A stretch of 64,000 nucleotides of DNA from an uncultured Nitrososphaerales archaeon (GCA_963695855.1 CAVOHZ010000010.1:384001-448000), one strand, 5' to 3'; positions 52,445 to 64,000 are shown, counted from the stretch's first letter. Made by a program: numbers and translations. The notes: generated by a model not told the origin, from the letters alone.

Positions 52445-53707
52445 GAATCTTTTTCCAATATCATTTCTATAGTACTGATAATTGTGCCCCCAATGAATCA
52501 TTTTTACTGCTGAATAGGCATTTATTCTGGCTGCATTGAAATTCTCGCCTAATGCGGTAACACCTAAAATCCTGCCACCATTGGTGAGAACTTTATAATC
52601 CCTTAAAATAGTTCCTGCGTGAAATACCATAACATTATCATCAAATTTACTATCCAAACCATAAATTACATTCCCTGTTTCGTTCTTTATGGGATATCCT
52701 TTCTCTGCCATAACTACGCATATAGCAGGTTTTTCAGACCACTCAATGTCAGGTAATATATCCAAATTTTCATCAATTGAAGCATCAAGATATTCATATA
52801 AATCTGATTTCATACGCATCATTATAGGCTGGCATTCTGGGTCACCCATTCTTGCGTTAAATTCAAGAACATAGGGTTTAGATGTTTCCCTGTCTATCAT
52901 CACACCTGCATAAAGAAATCCTTTGAACGCATTGTTATGATTTTGCATTGAATTAATTGTCTTTTCCATAATATTTTTCATTATATCATTAAAGAGAACG
53001 TCATCAACTAGTGGCGAAGGAGAAAAACTACCCATTCCTCCGGTGTTAGGACCTTTATCATCATCATATATCCTCTTATGATCTTGACTGGTAGCAACAG
53101 GAATAATTTTTTTTCCATCAGAAATGCCAATGAAAGAAACTTCATTTCCATAAATCCTTTCTTCAATCACTACTTTATCCCCGGAATCTCCAAATTCTTT
53201 CTTGATCATGATTCTATTGATAGCATCTATAGCCTCGCTTTGAGAATCGCAAACGATCACACCTTTTCCAGCAGCTAGTCCATCTGCTTTGATGACCAAT
53301 TGTTTTTCAGTGTTACGTATGTATTCCATTGCATTTTCTGGATCTGTAAAGATTGAAAAATCTGTAGTAGGGATATTATTATTTTTCATGAATAGTTTTG
53401 CGAATGACTTACTTGATTCTAGCTGTGCTGCCTCTTTTGTTGGACCAAATATCTTAACACTGTTGGACAACTCATTAACTATTCCCTTTGTTAAAGGTTC
53501 TTCCGGACCAACTACAATCATACAATCGTTCTGTAATGCATACGATCTAATTTTTTCAAAATCACTAATTTTGAAATCTAGGTTTTTTGATGTCCCTCCA
53601 TTGCCAGGAGCGAAAAAAACATTTTGTACTGATTTGCTCTTGGAAAGTTTCCATCCCAATGCATGTTCTCTCCCTCCAGAACCAACGATCAATACGTTTT
53701 TGTTCAA
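52439..53707 (-). CDS. purD: Phosphoribosylamine-glycine ligase
   Basis: GSGGREHAL, KADGLAAGKGV, QDHKR, GPNTGGMG, EFNARMGDPE. Confidence 0.97.
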   Translation of the reverse strand: MNKNVLIVGSGGREHALGWKLSKSKSVQNVFFAPGNGGTSKNLDFKISDFEKIRSYALQNDCMIVVGPEEPLTKGIVNELSNSVKIFGPTKEAAQLESSKSFAKLFMKNNNIPTTDFSIFTDPENAMEYIRNTEKQLVIKADGLAAGKGVIVCDSQSEAIDAINRIMIKKEFGDSGDKVVIEERIYGNEVSFIGISDGKKIIPVATSQDHKRIYDDDKGPNTGGMGSFSPSPLVDDVLFNDIMKNIMEKTINSMQNHNNAFKGFLYAGVMIDRETSKPYVLEFNARMGDPECQPIMMRMKSDLYEYLDASIDENLDILPDIEWSEKPAICVVMAEKGYPIKNETGNVIYGLDSKFDDNVMVFHAGTILRDYKVLTNGGRILGVTALGENFNAARINAYSAVKMIHWGHNYQYYRNDIGKRFS

Positions 53708-54227
53708 TTATAGTTGGTAAATAGATCGCACATAATATTTCTTACATAATGATTTTTATAATTTTTCTATTAAAATTGAAATGATGAAATTTCAATTTCA
53801 TGATACACAAAAAAAAGATATTTAATGAAGAGGCAGGTTAACAATTGAAAAATATTAGTACCGAGTAAAAAACGTATGATTGCCATCAACTACAAAAAAT
53901 CTAGATGGTATTGACTTTTAAGAATGAAAGTAAGAAGTAGAAAGTAGAAAATTATACATTTAAAAATACTCATTTAAGTGTAGATTTAATTTTCACGATC
54001 CTTACTTTTTCCATAAGCTGTTCCTCAAAAGATGTCCAGAAAGCAAAGTAAATTGAAAATCATTACAAAAAAATCATTTTTCAGTCTGACGTGACAAAAG
54101 AGAGATAGCAAATACTCTTCAAAAGGAGATATAATCTTCTTATCTGTTCAAAATTAACATTTTTGATTGGTGTTATTCAGGATTATTTCAGTAAGACATT
54201 TAAAAATTTAAATAAAATTTTAATAAA

Positions 54228-54539
54228 TTATCTGCTTAAGGTATAGTTCCAAGATAGGACATCTTTGAGAAGGGATGTAAGAAAACCAACATATTCATCA
54301 TCTTGAAATTCTACCTTATCATATTCTTTTAATCTTAATGCCTCAGCCAATGATTTTAAATGGATACACCTATCCTTGCCAGAGAGAGTTTTAAAGAAAT
54401 AATATTTACAAGTACAATAATCTAAATCCAGATCTAACCAATATTCATTGTTCTTACTAACTATTGTCCAAATTTTTCTATTGCTTGGAAGAAAAATATG
54501 AAGTTTTATCCTACTGTACGAATTAACAGCATCTGTCAT
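54228..54539 (-). CDS. SWIM zinc-finger protein
   Basis: YCTCKYY...CIHL (CxC..CxH). Confidence 0.8.
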   Translation of the reverse strand: MTDAVNSYSRIKLHIFLPSNRKIWTIVSKNNEYWLDLDLDYCTCKYYFFKTLSGKDRCIHLKSLAEALRLKEYDKVEFQDDEYVGFLTSLLKDVLSWNYTLSR

Positions 54540-54586
54540 TTGAATATGATATATACAATTTTGACATGCCTAAAATTCCTTTTGAA

Positions 54587-55204
54587 TTACAAAATAATTA
54601 CTTTTCTACCTTCCACCTTTAATCTGTTTTCTGCAAATAACTTTACTGCCTGAGGATACAATTTATGTTCCAACTCTAATATCCTATTTGAAATATCTTC
54701 TTCAGAATCAGTTGTGTAAACATTAACTGCTTGTTGAAGAATAATTGGTCCCGTATCAACCTCATCATCAACAAAATGAACAGTACATCCGGACACTTTA
54801 ACACCGTAATCCAGTGCCTGTTTCTGTGCGTGTAATCCCTTAAATGAGGGTAGTAACGCTGGATGAACATTCATTATTCTAAATTTATATTCATTTACAA
54901 ATTCCGTACTAATAATTTTCATATATCCTGCAAGACAAATCAATCCATTTGATGGAAGAACATTATATGACCGTAATATTGATACTATCTCTTTATCATA
55001 ATCCCATCCTTTCTTCCCATTACCTAGAACAATTTCAGTAGGAATATTAAAATCATTTTTAGCGATTTCTAGTCCAATAGCATCTCCCCTGTTTGAGATA
55101 ACTACAATCGGGTTCACATTCTTTATATTGCCACTAAAGATAGAAGAAAGGATGGCCTTCATATTACTGCCCCTGCCAGAAATAATGATTGCGAGATTTA
55201 TCAT
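54587..55204 (-). CDS. purN: Phosphoribosylglycinamide formyltransferase
   Basis: SGRGSN, LAGYM, NVHPALLP, GCTVHFV..DTGPII. Confidence 0.97.
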   Translation of the reverse strand: MINLAIIISGRGSNMKAILSSIFSGNIKNVNPIVVISNRGDAIGLEIAKNDFNIPTEIVLGNGKKGWDYDKEIVSILRSYNVLPSNGLICLAGYMKIISTEFVNEYKFRIMNVHPALLPSFKGLHAQKQALDYGVKVSGCTVHFVDDEVDTGPIILQQAVNVYTTDSEEDISNRILELEHKLYPQAVKLFAENRLKVEGRKVIIL

Positions 55205-55486
55205 TATGTTTTGAGATTATAATTACTAGAAAATATATTAAAAGTTTCGAATTCAACAAATAAAATCAAAATGGAAAAAAATTGGGCAGTAAATTTGTAA
55301 AAACTTATTTTATTGAAATTTATGGGTAGAAATTATACACAATATATGTAAAGTAAAAATTATGAAGAGTCTTCTTAAGACTATAAATATTGAAAAATTC
55401 GCTTATATGCTATAAAGAATGTGAAATTGAAGTATTATTAATCGTAACAGAAATAAATGAATATTGATGTTACAGAACGTATTTAA

Positions 55487-56125
55487 TTGTCAAATAAATG
55501 GTTATCCTGGGTTCGGACAAACGATAAGGACATCCTTGACAGTTTGGAAAGTCAAGGTTCTAATCTTGTTAAGTCAACCACACTTTTAGTAGAAATTTTA
55601 ACCGATTACGAAAAATCTCTGGAAGAAAAAAAACAAAAAATAAGAGAATTAGAGCATACTGGGGATGAAATTTCACATCGGCTATTTACCATAATTTCCC
55701 AAACATTTGTGACTCCAATAGATAGAGAAGATATATCCAAACTTACCAGCTCTATAGACGAAGTTCTTGATTATGTTGATGGAATTTCTGAGAGATTTGT
55801 TCTTTTTAAGATAAAGAAACCGACACAATACATGATGGAATTGGGAAAAATCATTTTATCAGCTTCACAGGAGATATATATTTTAGTAACTATGTTAAAA
55901 AGAATAAAAGATCATCAAGAATTACGCAACCATTGTGCGAACATTAAGAAATATGAGCATGACGCAGATAAGATTTATAGAAAGGCGATTGCAGAATTGT
56001 TTGAAACGAATGATCCAATAGAGATTATCAAACTTAAAGAAGTGTATGATAACCTTGAAGAAACTCTTGATAAATGTCAGGATGTTGCAGATATCGTAGA
56101 GGATATCTCTTTGAAATACGGATAG
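55487..56125 (+). CDS. DUF47/PhoU-like phosphate transport regulator
   Basis: EHTGD, FVTPIDREDI, EHDAD; upstream of pit. Confidence 0.92.
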   Translation: MSNKWLSWVRTNDKDILDSLESQGSNLVKSTTLLVEILTDYEKSLEEKKQKIRELEHTGDEISHRLFTIISQTFVTPIDREDISKLTSSIDEVLDYVDGISERFVLFKIKKPTQYMMELGKIILSASQEIYILVTMLKRIKDHQELRNHCANIKKYEHDADKIYRKAIAELFETNDPIEIIKLKEVYDNLEETLDKCQDVADIVEDISLKYG

Positions 56126-56161
56126 CTCATTTTGATCAAAAATGGTAGTTGCTGAATACTG

Positions 56162-57169
56162 ATGGTCGATAGCGGGATAGTGCTAGTATGTGGCATATTG
56201 ACAGCTTTATTCTTTGATTTTGTAAATGGATTTCACGATTCAGCAAATGCCATTGCAACAGTTGTAGGTACTCGTGTTCTTAAGCCAATTCAAGCAGTTT
56301 CTATGGCTGCTCTAGCTAACTTTGCAGGTCCTTTTGTATTCGGTACAGCAATTGCAGCTACGGTCGGAAAGGGAATAATACAAGCAGAATTTTCAACGTT
56401 TGAAGTAATTATTGCAGGTCTTATAGGAGCTATTGTATGGGATTTGTTAACCTGGTACTTTGGTTTGCCATCATCTAGCAGTCATGCCTTAATAGGAGGT
56501 TTAATCGGGTCTGCATTAGTGGCTGGTGGTATCCAAGCACTTGTCTTTGGCGGCATAGAAAAAGTACTTACTTTTATAGCAATTTCACCTATATTGGGAT
56601 TCATAGTTGCTTTATCCTTTGCAATAGTTATAATGTATTTTTTAAGGAAGTATCGACCAAATAAAATCAATAAGGTATTTGGAAAATTGCAGATCGTTTC
56701 TTCTGTATTCTTTTCACTTACTCATGGCGCAAATGATGGACAAAAAACAATGGGAATCATTACAGCATTACTAATTGCTGGCGGACTCTTAGATGCTAAA
56801 TCATTTGTTGTACCAACATGGGTTATTTTCATATCTGCCACAGCTATTGCCTTGGGGACGTTTCTAGGTGGCTGGCGAATAGTAAAGACTATGGCTTTCA
56901 GAATTACAGACCTAAAACCTTTCCAAGGATTTTGTGCTGAAACTGGAGGAGGAGTAATACTAACCACAATGGCATGGCTTGGAATTCCCGTCAGTACTAC
57001 GCATGCCATATCAGGTGCCATAATGGGTGTCGGTTCGACAAGAAGACTTTCTGCTGTAAGATGGGGTATTGGGAGAAGAATAGTCTATGCTTGGTTAATT
57101 ACTATTCCAGCTAGTGCAGCAGTTTCTGCAATTGTTTTAGTAATTATAAAAACTATTAGTGGAAATTAA
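56162..57169 (+). CDS. pit: Inorganic phosphate transporter (PiT family)
   Basis: NGFHDSANAIAT, PSSSSH, HGANDGQK, PVSTTH. Confidence 0.95.
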   Translation: MVDSGIVLVCGILTALFFDFVNGFHDSANAIATVVGTRVLKPIQAVSMAALANFAGPFVFGTAIAATVGKGIIQAEFSTFEVIIAGLIGAIVWDLLTWYFGLPSSSSHALIGGLIGSALVAGGIQALVFGGIEKVLTFIAISPILGFIVALSFAIVIMYFLRKYRPNKINKVFGKLQIVSSVFFSLTHGANDGQKTMGIITALLIAGGLLDAKSFVVPTWVIFISATAIALGTFLGGWRIVKTMAFRITDLKPFQGFCAETGGGVILTTMAWLGIPVSTTHAISGAIMGVGSTRRLSAVRWGIGRRIVYAWLITIPASAAVSAIVLVIIKTISGN

Positions 57170-57199
57170 ATAGAATTTGCAAATATTGAAAACTAAAAA

Positions 57200-57397
57200 T
57201 TAGACTTGTTTTGGAAGACAGTTTTCACAGCATCTTTTTAGAAACAGAATGCCTTCGATATTACTGGAAATATACAAGTCGTACGAAGCTAATTCCTTTT
57301 TGCAGTTATCACAATGTATTACCTGCAGGCCTAGTATCGATTGTGAAATTGGTTTTATCTGCTTTATATCAGCGGCAAACGTTTCTTGATATTTCAT
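57200..57397 (-). CDS. Small Cys-rich putative zinc-binding protein
   Basis: CDNC...KRCCENC. Confidence 0.6.
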   Translation of the reverse strand: MKYQETFAADIKQIKPISQSILGLQVIHCDNCKKELASYDLYISSNIEGILFLKRCCENCLPKQV

Positions 57398-58161
57398 TCA
57401 TAGAATATAGCCACCCTCGTTTTAATATACTCTTTACATATAATCTATTTAGATATCGTAAACTATATAGAATAGCATAGATTTGTTCAGAAATCATGTT
57501 GTAACTTTCAATAATATTTGTCAAGTAAACTTTACCTCCTATAGAATTTTTTAACCGTAACTATGGGAAAGATTGTTTCATTGTCACACTAATATAACCT
57601 TTTTAACGAATGCTTTAAAGTGGAAAAAATAACAAATGACAATTTAGTAAATACAATATAAAATTTTAATAGATATTTTCTCCTTGTGTTGCTTCTCCTA
57701 ATAACAGTTTAAATTTAATGAGAAAACATGAAATAAAAATATAAAAAACAAATCTGCCCTAATTTTCTATTTATATATTGCTAAAAATTCAACCCTTCCA
57801 CTAAAATTCGTGTGACCCATAATTTTTAATATCTTTAAAAGATGTAATGTCTGAAACTCAGAGATTGGAGATTGAAAGTATAAATTAAAAATATCTAACT
57901 ACAAATGTATGTATCCTATTTCTTGTAAATATGATTATTTATTCGAATACCATATTCAGGAAGGGATTTTACGACTATAATTATCAGTACCAAACTAGTA
58001 GATCGTTTGACGTTTGCAGCTCATATTTTGCTTTTACAAAATTTCATTCTAAAATGTCTTACCCAAAGCACATAAAAATTCTTCGATTTTTTAGATATTT
58101 TCATAATATTTGAACAGCGAATCAATTTTCATCGAAAATAAATAGATGTTTATATCATGCC

Positions 58162-59295
58162 ATGAATGAAAAAACAATAATTAAAATAATAGATTTAAAA
58201 ATCCATAGTATGGTTTCTGGCGTGAAGTTTACTAGTGAAGGTCTCTCAATTGAAAATAGTAAATCAAAAATATTGCTAGATCCAACAAAAATCAATAATC
58301 ATGATTTTGTATTTGTTTCCCATGCTCATTCAGATCACGTTTATAGGAAACCAAAAAATAAAAAAAATATTCAAACTTTAGTTTCTCAAGAGACAGAAAT
58401 GATTGCAAATGCAAGAGGATATGATATTACTAATCCTATTTATGATAAAAAAGATTTTGAACTAATAGACACTGGTCACATATTAGGATCAAGAGGGTTA
58501 CTTGCCTATAACGATGTATATTACACAGGAGATATATCTTTAAGAAAAAGAGGATTTATGAACCCATCAAAGAAGATTCCCAAGGTCGACATATTAATAA
58601 TAGAATCTACATTTGGAAAAGCTGAGTATATTTTCCCTAACCCAAACGATATAATACATCGAACAAACAATATTATCTCAAATGCATATGAAAAGGGAAT
58701 TCCAGTTATCATTATGGGATACCCGCTTGGAAAGGCTCAGCTATTAATGGATTTTTTCAGTCATTGGGATCCTTTTTATGTATTTGATTCTATAGAGACA
58801 ATGAATTCTGTATATAGAGAAATGAATATTCCCTTAAGGGATGTTATAACTTATGGTAAAGCAGAAAAAAATAATTCTTTATCTAAAAAACCGTGGATAA
58901 TGTTATCATCATTAATGAACGGAAGAACAAAATTACTCAAAAATATTAAAGAAAAATATAAGGCTATCACTATAGGTTTTAGCGGTTGGGCATCTAATCC
59001 AAGTTATAAATATATGATGGATCTTGATTATGCCATGCCTTTAAGTGACCATTGTGATTACAAAGAACTTTTACATGTAGTTGAAAAGAGCGATCCAAAA
59101 AAAGTATTTACATTTCATGGTTTCGCAGATGAATTCGCTAGATCTTTAATAAATTTAGGATATAATGCCGAACCCATTAGGAATGGATATAGAAAAGTTA
59201 GTAACAGAGCAAATCAAAAGATAAAGGAAAATAAACATCTGAGATCAAAAATAACAGAAAAGAAAGATCGATCATTGGATTCATTTTTAAAATAA
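58162..59295 (+). CDS. MBL/beta-CASP-type exonuclease
   Basis: SHAHSDH, GHILGS, YTGD, ESTFG, LGKAQ, SDHCD, FHG. Confidence 0.9.
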   Translation: MNEKTIIKIIDLKIHSMVSGVKFTSEGLSIENSKSKILLDPTKINNHDFVFVSHAHSDHVYRKPKNKKNIQTLVSQETEMIANARGYDITNPIYDKKDFELIDTGHILGSRGLLAYNDVYYTGDISLRKRGFMNPSKKIPKVDILIIESTFGKAEYIFPNPNDIIHRTNNIISNAYEKGIPVIIMGYPLGKAQLLMDFFSHWDPFYVFDSIETMNSVYREMNIPLRDVITYGKAEKNNSLSKKPWIMLSSLMNGRTKLLKNIKEKYKAITIGFSGWASNPSYKYMMDLDYAMPLSDHCDYKELLHVVEKSDPKKVFTFHGFADEFARSLINLGYNAEPIRNGYRKVSNRANQKIKENKHLRSKITEKKDRSLDSFLK

Positions 59296-59395
59296 AAAAT
59301 TTATTTTAAACTATACTTTTTAATAAAATAGATCTTGAATAGGCATTAATATCAGATAAAAAAGATGAAAATTATTAAAAAAGTGTAACCTTATT

Positions 59396-60478
59396 TTATT
59401 TCTTTTCCTGTTCTCTAAAGTATGGGATTACTTTTTTACCAAACATCTCAATATTTTTGAAATATCCATCACCCCAGAACCTGATAATGAAATGATTCAC
59501 TCCAGACTTAATAAAACGCTCTAGCATTTCAATTACATCATCAGGTTTACCCACTCCTATAGCAGTTCTCGCTATACTGTCTGGGATGGTTAATGCAGCC
59601 TTTTTCATTTGTTCCATAAGTTCTGGTTTATCCATCGTATATTCAGTAAAGTATTTTCGAAAATCAAATTCAGAATCCTGCTGAATATTATGAACTTTCA
59701 ATAATTCCGGTTTGTATAGACTTACTTTCACAGCATTTTTCATTTTATTCCATGCTTCTTCTCCATCTTCTGTAAAATAGATATCGACATCGTTTGCAAA
59801 TTGGAAATCAATCAAATCTCTACCAAAAGTTTTTGCATGTTCACGTATTACATCTGCATGAGCTTTAAATAATTCAGGAGTATACCCTATTGGAATCCAA
59901 CCATCACCATATTTAGCACATAATTCAAGCGTCTTTGGTGCCCCCGCAGCAATATAGATAGGAGGTCTTGGTTTTCGAATACTCCTAGCTTGCAAACAGG
60001 CATTAATTAGTCTATAATATTTACCTTCATAATCTACTCTATGATTTGGATCTGATTGAAAGAGCTTATCAATAAGTTCTAGTTGTTCCTTTAATTTGGT
60101 AACAGGTTTATTAAATTCAATCCCAAAATCAACAACATTCTGAGCTTCACCTGCACCAATACCAAGCATTCCTCTGCCATTAGTTATTCTATCCAGGGTT
60201 ACGGTTGCCAAAGCTATTGAAGACGGATGTCTTCTAATTGCATCTGTGACACATGTACCTAATTCAACTTTATTTGTTAATGCACCTATAGCTGCTAGCA
60301 TTAACCAAGCGTCATTTACAACTGCATTTTTCCATTGAGGAACGTTAGTGTGATCCATTGCCCATATGGAATCATAATCTAGTCTATCAGCCATCTGGCA
60401 TGCAGTAATAATTTGTGTTTCATCTAAGCCAAGTCTCGCTACATTGAGTCCTTGAGTAAAACCAAATTTTGTCCTCAT
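59396..60478 (-). CDS. LLM class (probably F420-dependent) oxidoreductase
   Basis: WAMDH, LGTCVT..RRHP, GRGMLGIGAGE, PPIYIAA, DGWIP. Confidence 0.9.
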   Translation of the reverse strand: MRTKFGFTQGLNVARLGLDETQIITACQMADRLDYDSIWAMDHTNVPQWKNAVVNDAWLMLAAIGALTNKVELGTCVTDAIRRHPSSIALATVTLDRITNGRGMLGIGAGEAQNVVDFGIEFNKPVTKLKEQLELIDKLFQSDPNHRVDYEGKYYRLINACLQARSIRKPRPPIYIAAGAPKTLELCAKYGDGWIPIGYTPELFKAHADVIREHAKTFGRDLIDFQFANDVDIYFTEDGEEAWNKMKNAVKVSLYKPELLKVHNIQQDSEFDFRKYFTEYTMDKPELMEQMKKAALTIPDSIARTAIGVGKPDDVIEMLERFIKSGVNHFIIRFWGDGYFKNIEMFGKKVIPYFREQEKK

Positions 60479-60912
60479 GATTATATTATCTCCCCGCTTT
60501 TCAAGATATTAAAGATTACTAAAAAGTTGTTGACAACCACAATTGTTGAAAAGAACTTCAACCATATTTATGCATTTTCAAATAGAATAGAAAAAAATAT
60601 ATTAAAATATGAATAAATTTCAAATATCAATTGAATTGTTATAAAATTTATACTATAAAAGCAAGGGGAATTTTGTAAAATAGTCCGAAAAAATGTCAAG
60701 AACATAACACAATAATGCAAAAAAATAAAGTTAGAAAAAAGTACATTACAAAAATATAACAAATTAAAAATGTTTATCGGGTGTGATTTTTATCTAAATG
60801 GTTCAAATTGCTGGTATTAAGAAAATTTAATTTATTTGATTAAACGATTTTTATTATTTAAAAGGTACCAGAATAACATTAAGTTATATATAAGATAGTA
60901 ATAAGAATCGAT

Positions 60913-61335
60913 ATGTCTTACAAAATAAAAGGCATCTCAATATTGGTTTCTGATACTAAAAAATCTTTAGAATTTTACAAGAATGTCTTGGGAATAAATG
61001 TAAATCAAATAGATGACAATAGAATAGAATTTTCGTATAAAGGATCAGACAGTATCAACTTTGTGTTAGAAAATAAAAATTCAGAAGAAAACAAAAACAC
61101 TCAGCTCTCGGACAATGGAAACATAATGATAACGTTTCTCATCAATAATTTTGATGAAATTCACAATAATCTCATTCAAAAAAATGCTAAAATTCATAGT
61201 AAAGCAACACAAGGAGAAAATTCAAAAAATGTCATAGTAATGGATCCTGATGGCTATCTGATCTCACTCGTTGAGACCATTCCAAAAGATGAATTCCGAC
61301 AAATACCATATTACCATGGTTTTGCTCCAGATTAA
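60913..61335 (+). CDS. VOC/glyoxalase family protein
   Basis: VSDTKKSLEFYKNVLG, DPDGYLISL. Confidence 0.88.
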   Translation: MSYKIKGISILVSDTKKSLEFYKNVLGINVNQIDDNRIEFSYKGSDSINFVLENKNSEENKNTQLSDNGNIMITFLINNFDEIHNNLIQKNAKIHSKATQGENSKNVIVMDPDGYLISLVETIPKDEFRQIPYYHGFAPD

Positions 61336-61568
61336 TCATATTTTTGATTATTATTTAATTCTTCAATAAGATGATAAAATTTTTTTATAATATTTTTAGA
61401 TGTTAAAACATTTGAAAAATATGTTTAACTAGCTGTGTTAAATAACAACAATAAAAAGAAAACAGGCGCAAGCAGTGATATAAATATCTGTTTATTAAAA
61501 AATCACTAAACAAGAAAGATATTGTTCAAGTAATCAAGAACAATCGTAGTTTGTTATATTTTTCAAAC

Positions 61569-63050
61569 CTATTTACTTTGGTTCAAATTAGAATTATCCT
61601 TATTTCTGTCAGTTAGCTCTTTTAGCATATCATAAAATTTTTCAATTAGTATTGTATATTGATCTTTAGTTATTTTTCCTCTAATGAATTCATGTTTAAT
61701 AATCTCTATAGCATTCTTAACATTATGTATCGATTCAGGGACATTATTTTCATCATAATTTTTATAAATTTTTCGAAGGTAGCTGCTGGCGACACGCTTT
61801 TTATTGTAATCATTAACCAGACGCGAAACCGATGGAATGAATATAGTAAAGAGAGCTGTTAAAATAACTGCTATATAACTAGCGGGGATTTCAGGCAACG
61901 AAAATAAGAATGGGGAAGATTTTTGGACATTCAAACTCAAATAAAGAATTTTTGAATAATTATGTACTTGAGTTAATGGACTAGTTTGATTATAATCAAG
62001 ACTTTGTGAGTCGAGGATACTATAGGATAAATTTAATGGTACAATATAATTTTTAAAGTCGATTTTTGGATCTATATTAAAATCAACCGGTATTGACCCC
62101 GATCCGCCAAATAAGTTTAGTTTGTTTCCCTGAGGGAAGTTTATATTAATTTCCTTCGGATAAGTTTTATTAGATATATTCACATCTACAAAGAGATCGT
62201 TATTGGATGTACTGTTGAAAATTAAAATATCAGAATGTTTTCCAGGATATACATTTATGACTTTATTGCCAATTGACAGCCCTGGAACAGGAAAATGAAG
62301 CTGTCCAACGGTATCCATTAGCTTGTAATACTTCGATTTTGCCCCTAATTGAAGTAATATAGAATAACTGTTTGGATAATTCATTTGTTTTAAATCAATT
62401 ATGACCTTAATTCCGTCAGGAATAAAGGACAAATATTTATAATCAGCGGCTGAACTAAAAAATAATGGTTCGTAATTATAGTCAATTATTTCGTACCCAG
62501 CAATTGTCCAATTAAAGTAATCAAATGATTCTGTGAATTCAAACTCAATAGGATGTGAAGTATTTTGAAAATCTTGATCGGATACTAGACCGTAGTCATA
62601 TAGCGATTTGCCTGTACCTGTTGTATTTGATTTTAAATCTAAATTCTTATTTTCTAATGTTTTTGAATTATTGTCATTTATTAAGTATCTATAATCATAT
62701 CCTAAAAACCCCGTATCAACATCATCATCCGAATTTATCAAAACGTTAATGAAAAATTCGTTTGAGTTATTGTTCTTTAAAAATTGAAACACTTCTGAAG
62801 GTAAATCTTCGGAAAATATCTTCATCTCTAAATGAGTTCCGTTACTTGAGATTGAAGCAGTTTCTATGTTAACCAGTGATTTAATTCTTGAAAGTTCACT
62901 ATCGTCTGTTAAATTTTCATCTAATACTGTTACATCACTAGTTTTATCCTGAATTATCGTTCTACTGAATGTTGGAGAAATTGCATAGATATCAGAGGTA
63001 TAAAACACAAAAAATATGCTAATCAAAAGAAAACAGATCAAATGATTCAA
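61569..63050 (-). CDS. Signal-peptide surface protein with C-terminal TM anchor
   Basis: Signal peptide, INSDDDVDTG..GYDY, many NxS/T sequons, TM followed by cytoplasmic GKITKDQY. Confidence 0.75.
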   Translation of the reverse strand: MNHLICFLLISIFFVFYTSDIYAISPTFSRTIIQDKTSDVTVLDENLTDDSELSRIKSLVNIETASISSNGTHLEMKIFSEDLPSEVFQFLKNNNSNEFFINVLINSDDDVDTGFLGYDYRYLINDNNSKTLENKNLDLKSNTTGTGKSLYDYGLVSDQDFQNTSHPIEFEFTESFDYFNWTIAGYEIIDYNYEPLFFSSAADYKYLSFIPDGIKVIIDLKQMNYPNSYSILLQLGAKSKYYKLMDTVGQLHFPVPGLSIGNKVINVYPGKHSDILIFNSTSNNDLFVDVNISNKTYPKEININFPQGNKLNLFGGSGSIPVDFNIDPKIDFKNYIVPLNLSYSILDSQSLDYNQTSPLTQVHNYSKILYLSLNVQKSSPFLFSLPEIPASYIAVILTALFTIFIPSVSRLVNDYNKKRVASSYLRKIYKNYDENNVPESIHNVKNAIEIIKHEFIRGKITKDQYTILIEKFYDMLKELTDRNKDNSNLNQSK

Positions 63051-63147
63051 TTATTTCATTAGATTATCATCCTTTTATAATTTTTATTTTGAAGATCAAT
63101 GTTTAGAAAGTCGACAAAGTTTTATAATAAATTGTATTGGTAAATTT

Positions 63148-63654
63148 ATGAAAATAATAGTATTAACAATTGGAGCTCTAATTTTGTTTCTCGGCACATT
63201 CTCGCCCTTAAATTTCAATAGCCTCATTTTTGCACAAGATGAAGAATTAGGAAATGAAAAATCGACCGTAAGTTTGATGACCAATACGCACAGTATAGAA
63301 TCTATTTCAAGCTATTCAAGTATAGTTGATTTTGCCACTAATTTCACAGTTACAGGACCCAATAGTAATATAATCAACGAGACAGATTTAATAAAAAACA
63401 CAATAATAGATAATTTTAATAAGTCACCTACAGTAGGATATATAAAAATTCAAAATGGCACTGATCATGCAAACAATACTACTTTATCAAACCCGTTTGC
63501 AAATAAAGAACAAATAGATGATAAGATTTCAATCGAATTCGATAAGGCTATAAAAGAATCTGAAAATTCAGACACTGTATCAGGGATAATAAATTGTGAG
63601 TTTCGTATGTATTTAGCTAATTTTCGATGTTCTTTTTCCGAATTGCTCGAGTAA
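63148..63654 (+). CDS. Secreted hypothetical protein
   Basis: Signal peptide ending IFAQ; C-terminal C..C pair. Confidence 0.7.
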   Translation: MKIIVLTIGALILFLGTFSPLNFNSLIFAQDEELGNEKSTVSLMTNTHSIESISSYSSIVDFATNFTVTGPNSNIINETDLIKNTIIDNFNKSPTVGYIKIQNGTDHANNTTLSNPFANKEQIDDKISIEFDKAIKESENSDTVSGIINCEFRMYLANFRCSFSELLE

Positions 63655-64000
63655 TCTGGTTCAAATTACATATTTTTTGTATCTTTTTTTGAAAACTTCT
63701 CTAAACGATAATAGAATGTTTTATTGCCTCAGATAAATTTTATTATTCGAACGATTTGTTAAGTTTTCCAAATTTACACCATATCATCAAGATGACAAGC
63801 AGTGATTCTATAATCAAACGTAGATCAACTGGCATAACTTATTAAATGAATTCTTATTGGATATCATATACAATGAAATGAAAAATTTGCAAGATATGAG
63901 TAATAATTACTGCTTATAATGCTTTATGTTATCCATTGTTGGGGATACTTTAATTTCTTTGTTTGACTTCAAGCGTACTTTTCCAGATATTCATATGCCA

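Noticed and set aside
60525-60562. GTTG/CAAC palindromes upstream of the LLM oxidoreductase
   Set aside because: Arms are only 4-6 bp with inconsistent spacing, so cannot be distinguished from chance.

Overview
AT-rich archaeal chromosome segment. Gene content and order (tfb-gar1-srp19-rps8e-scpB-scpA-rpo6, rps25e, ATP-dependent ligase, aCPSF1, cofE, aIF5A, F420-type LLM enzyme, many TTG starts) point to an ammonia-oxidising Nitrososphaerota, probably Nitrosocosmicus-like; this is an inference, not a database result. Most of the window is housekeeping: information processing, thiamine/sulfur, purine/pyrimidine/folate metabolism and phosphate transport. An accessory, decaying region at ~32.4-45.3 kb holds secreted repeat proteins, micro-proteins and gene relics. 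Main discovery: carB (carbamoyl-phosphate synthase large subunit) is interrupted inside its conserved IGEAGE/FDYSG motif by a 23-nt insert (46662-46684). The insert folds with its flanks into a bulge-helix-bulge motif, and cutting by the canonical archaeal splicing-endonuclease rule restores the frame and motif exactly, so this is a candidate archaeal pre-mRNA intron. Also found: three fossil copies of an IS6-like transposase, several unannotated small Zn-finger/RHH/HTH ORFs, a 51-bp x10.5 coding tandem repeat, a frameshifted glycosyltransferase, and an operator-like repeat array. No tRNA, rRNA or CRISPR array was seen.
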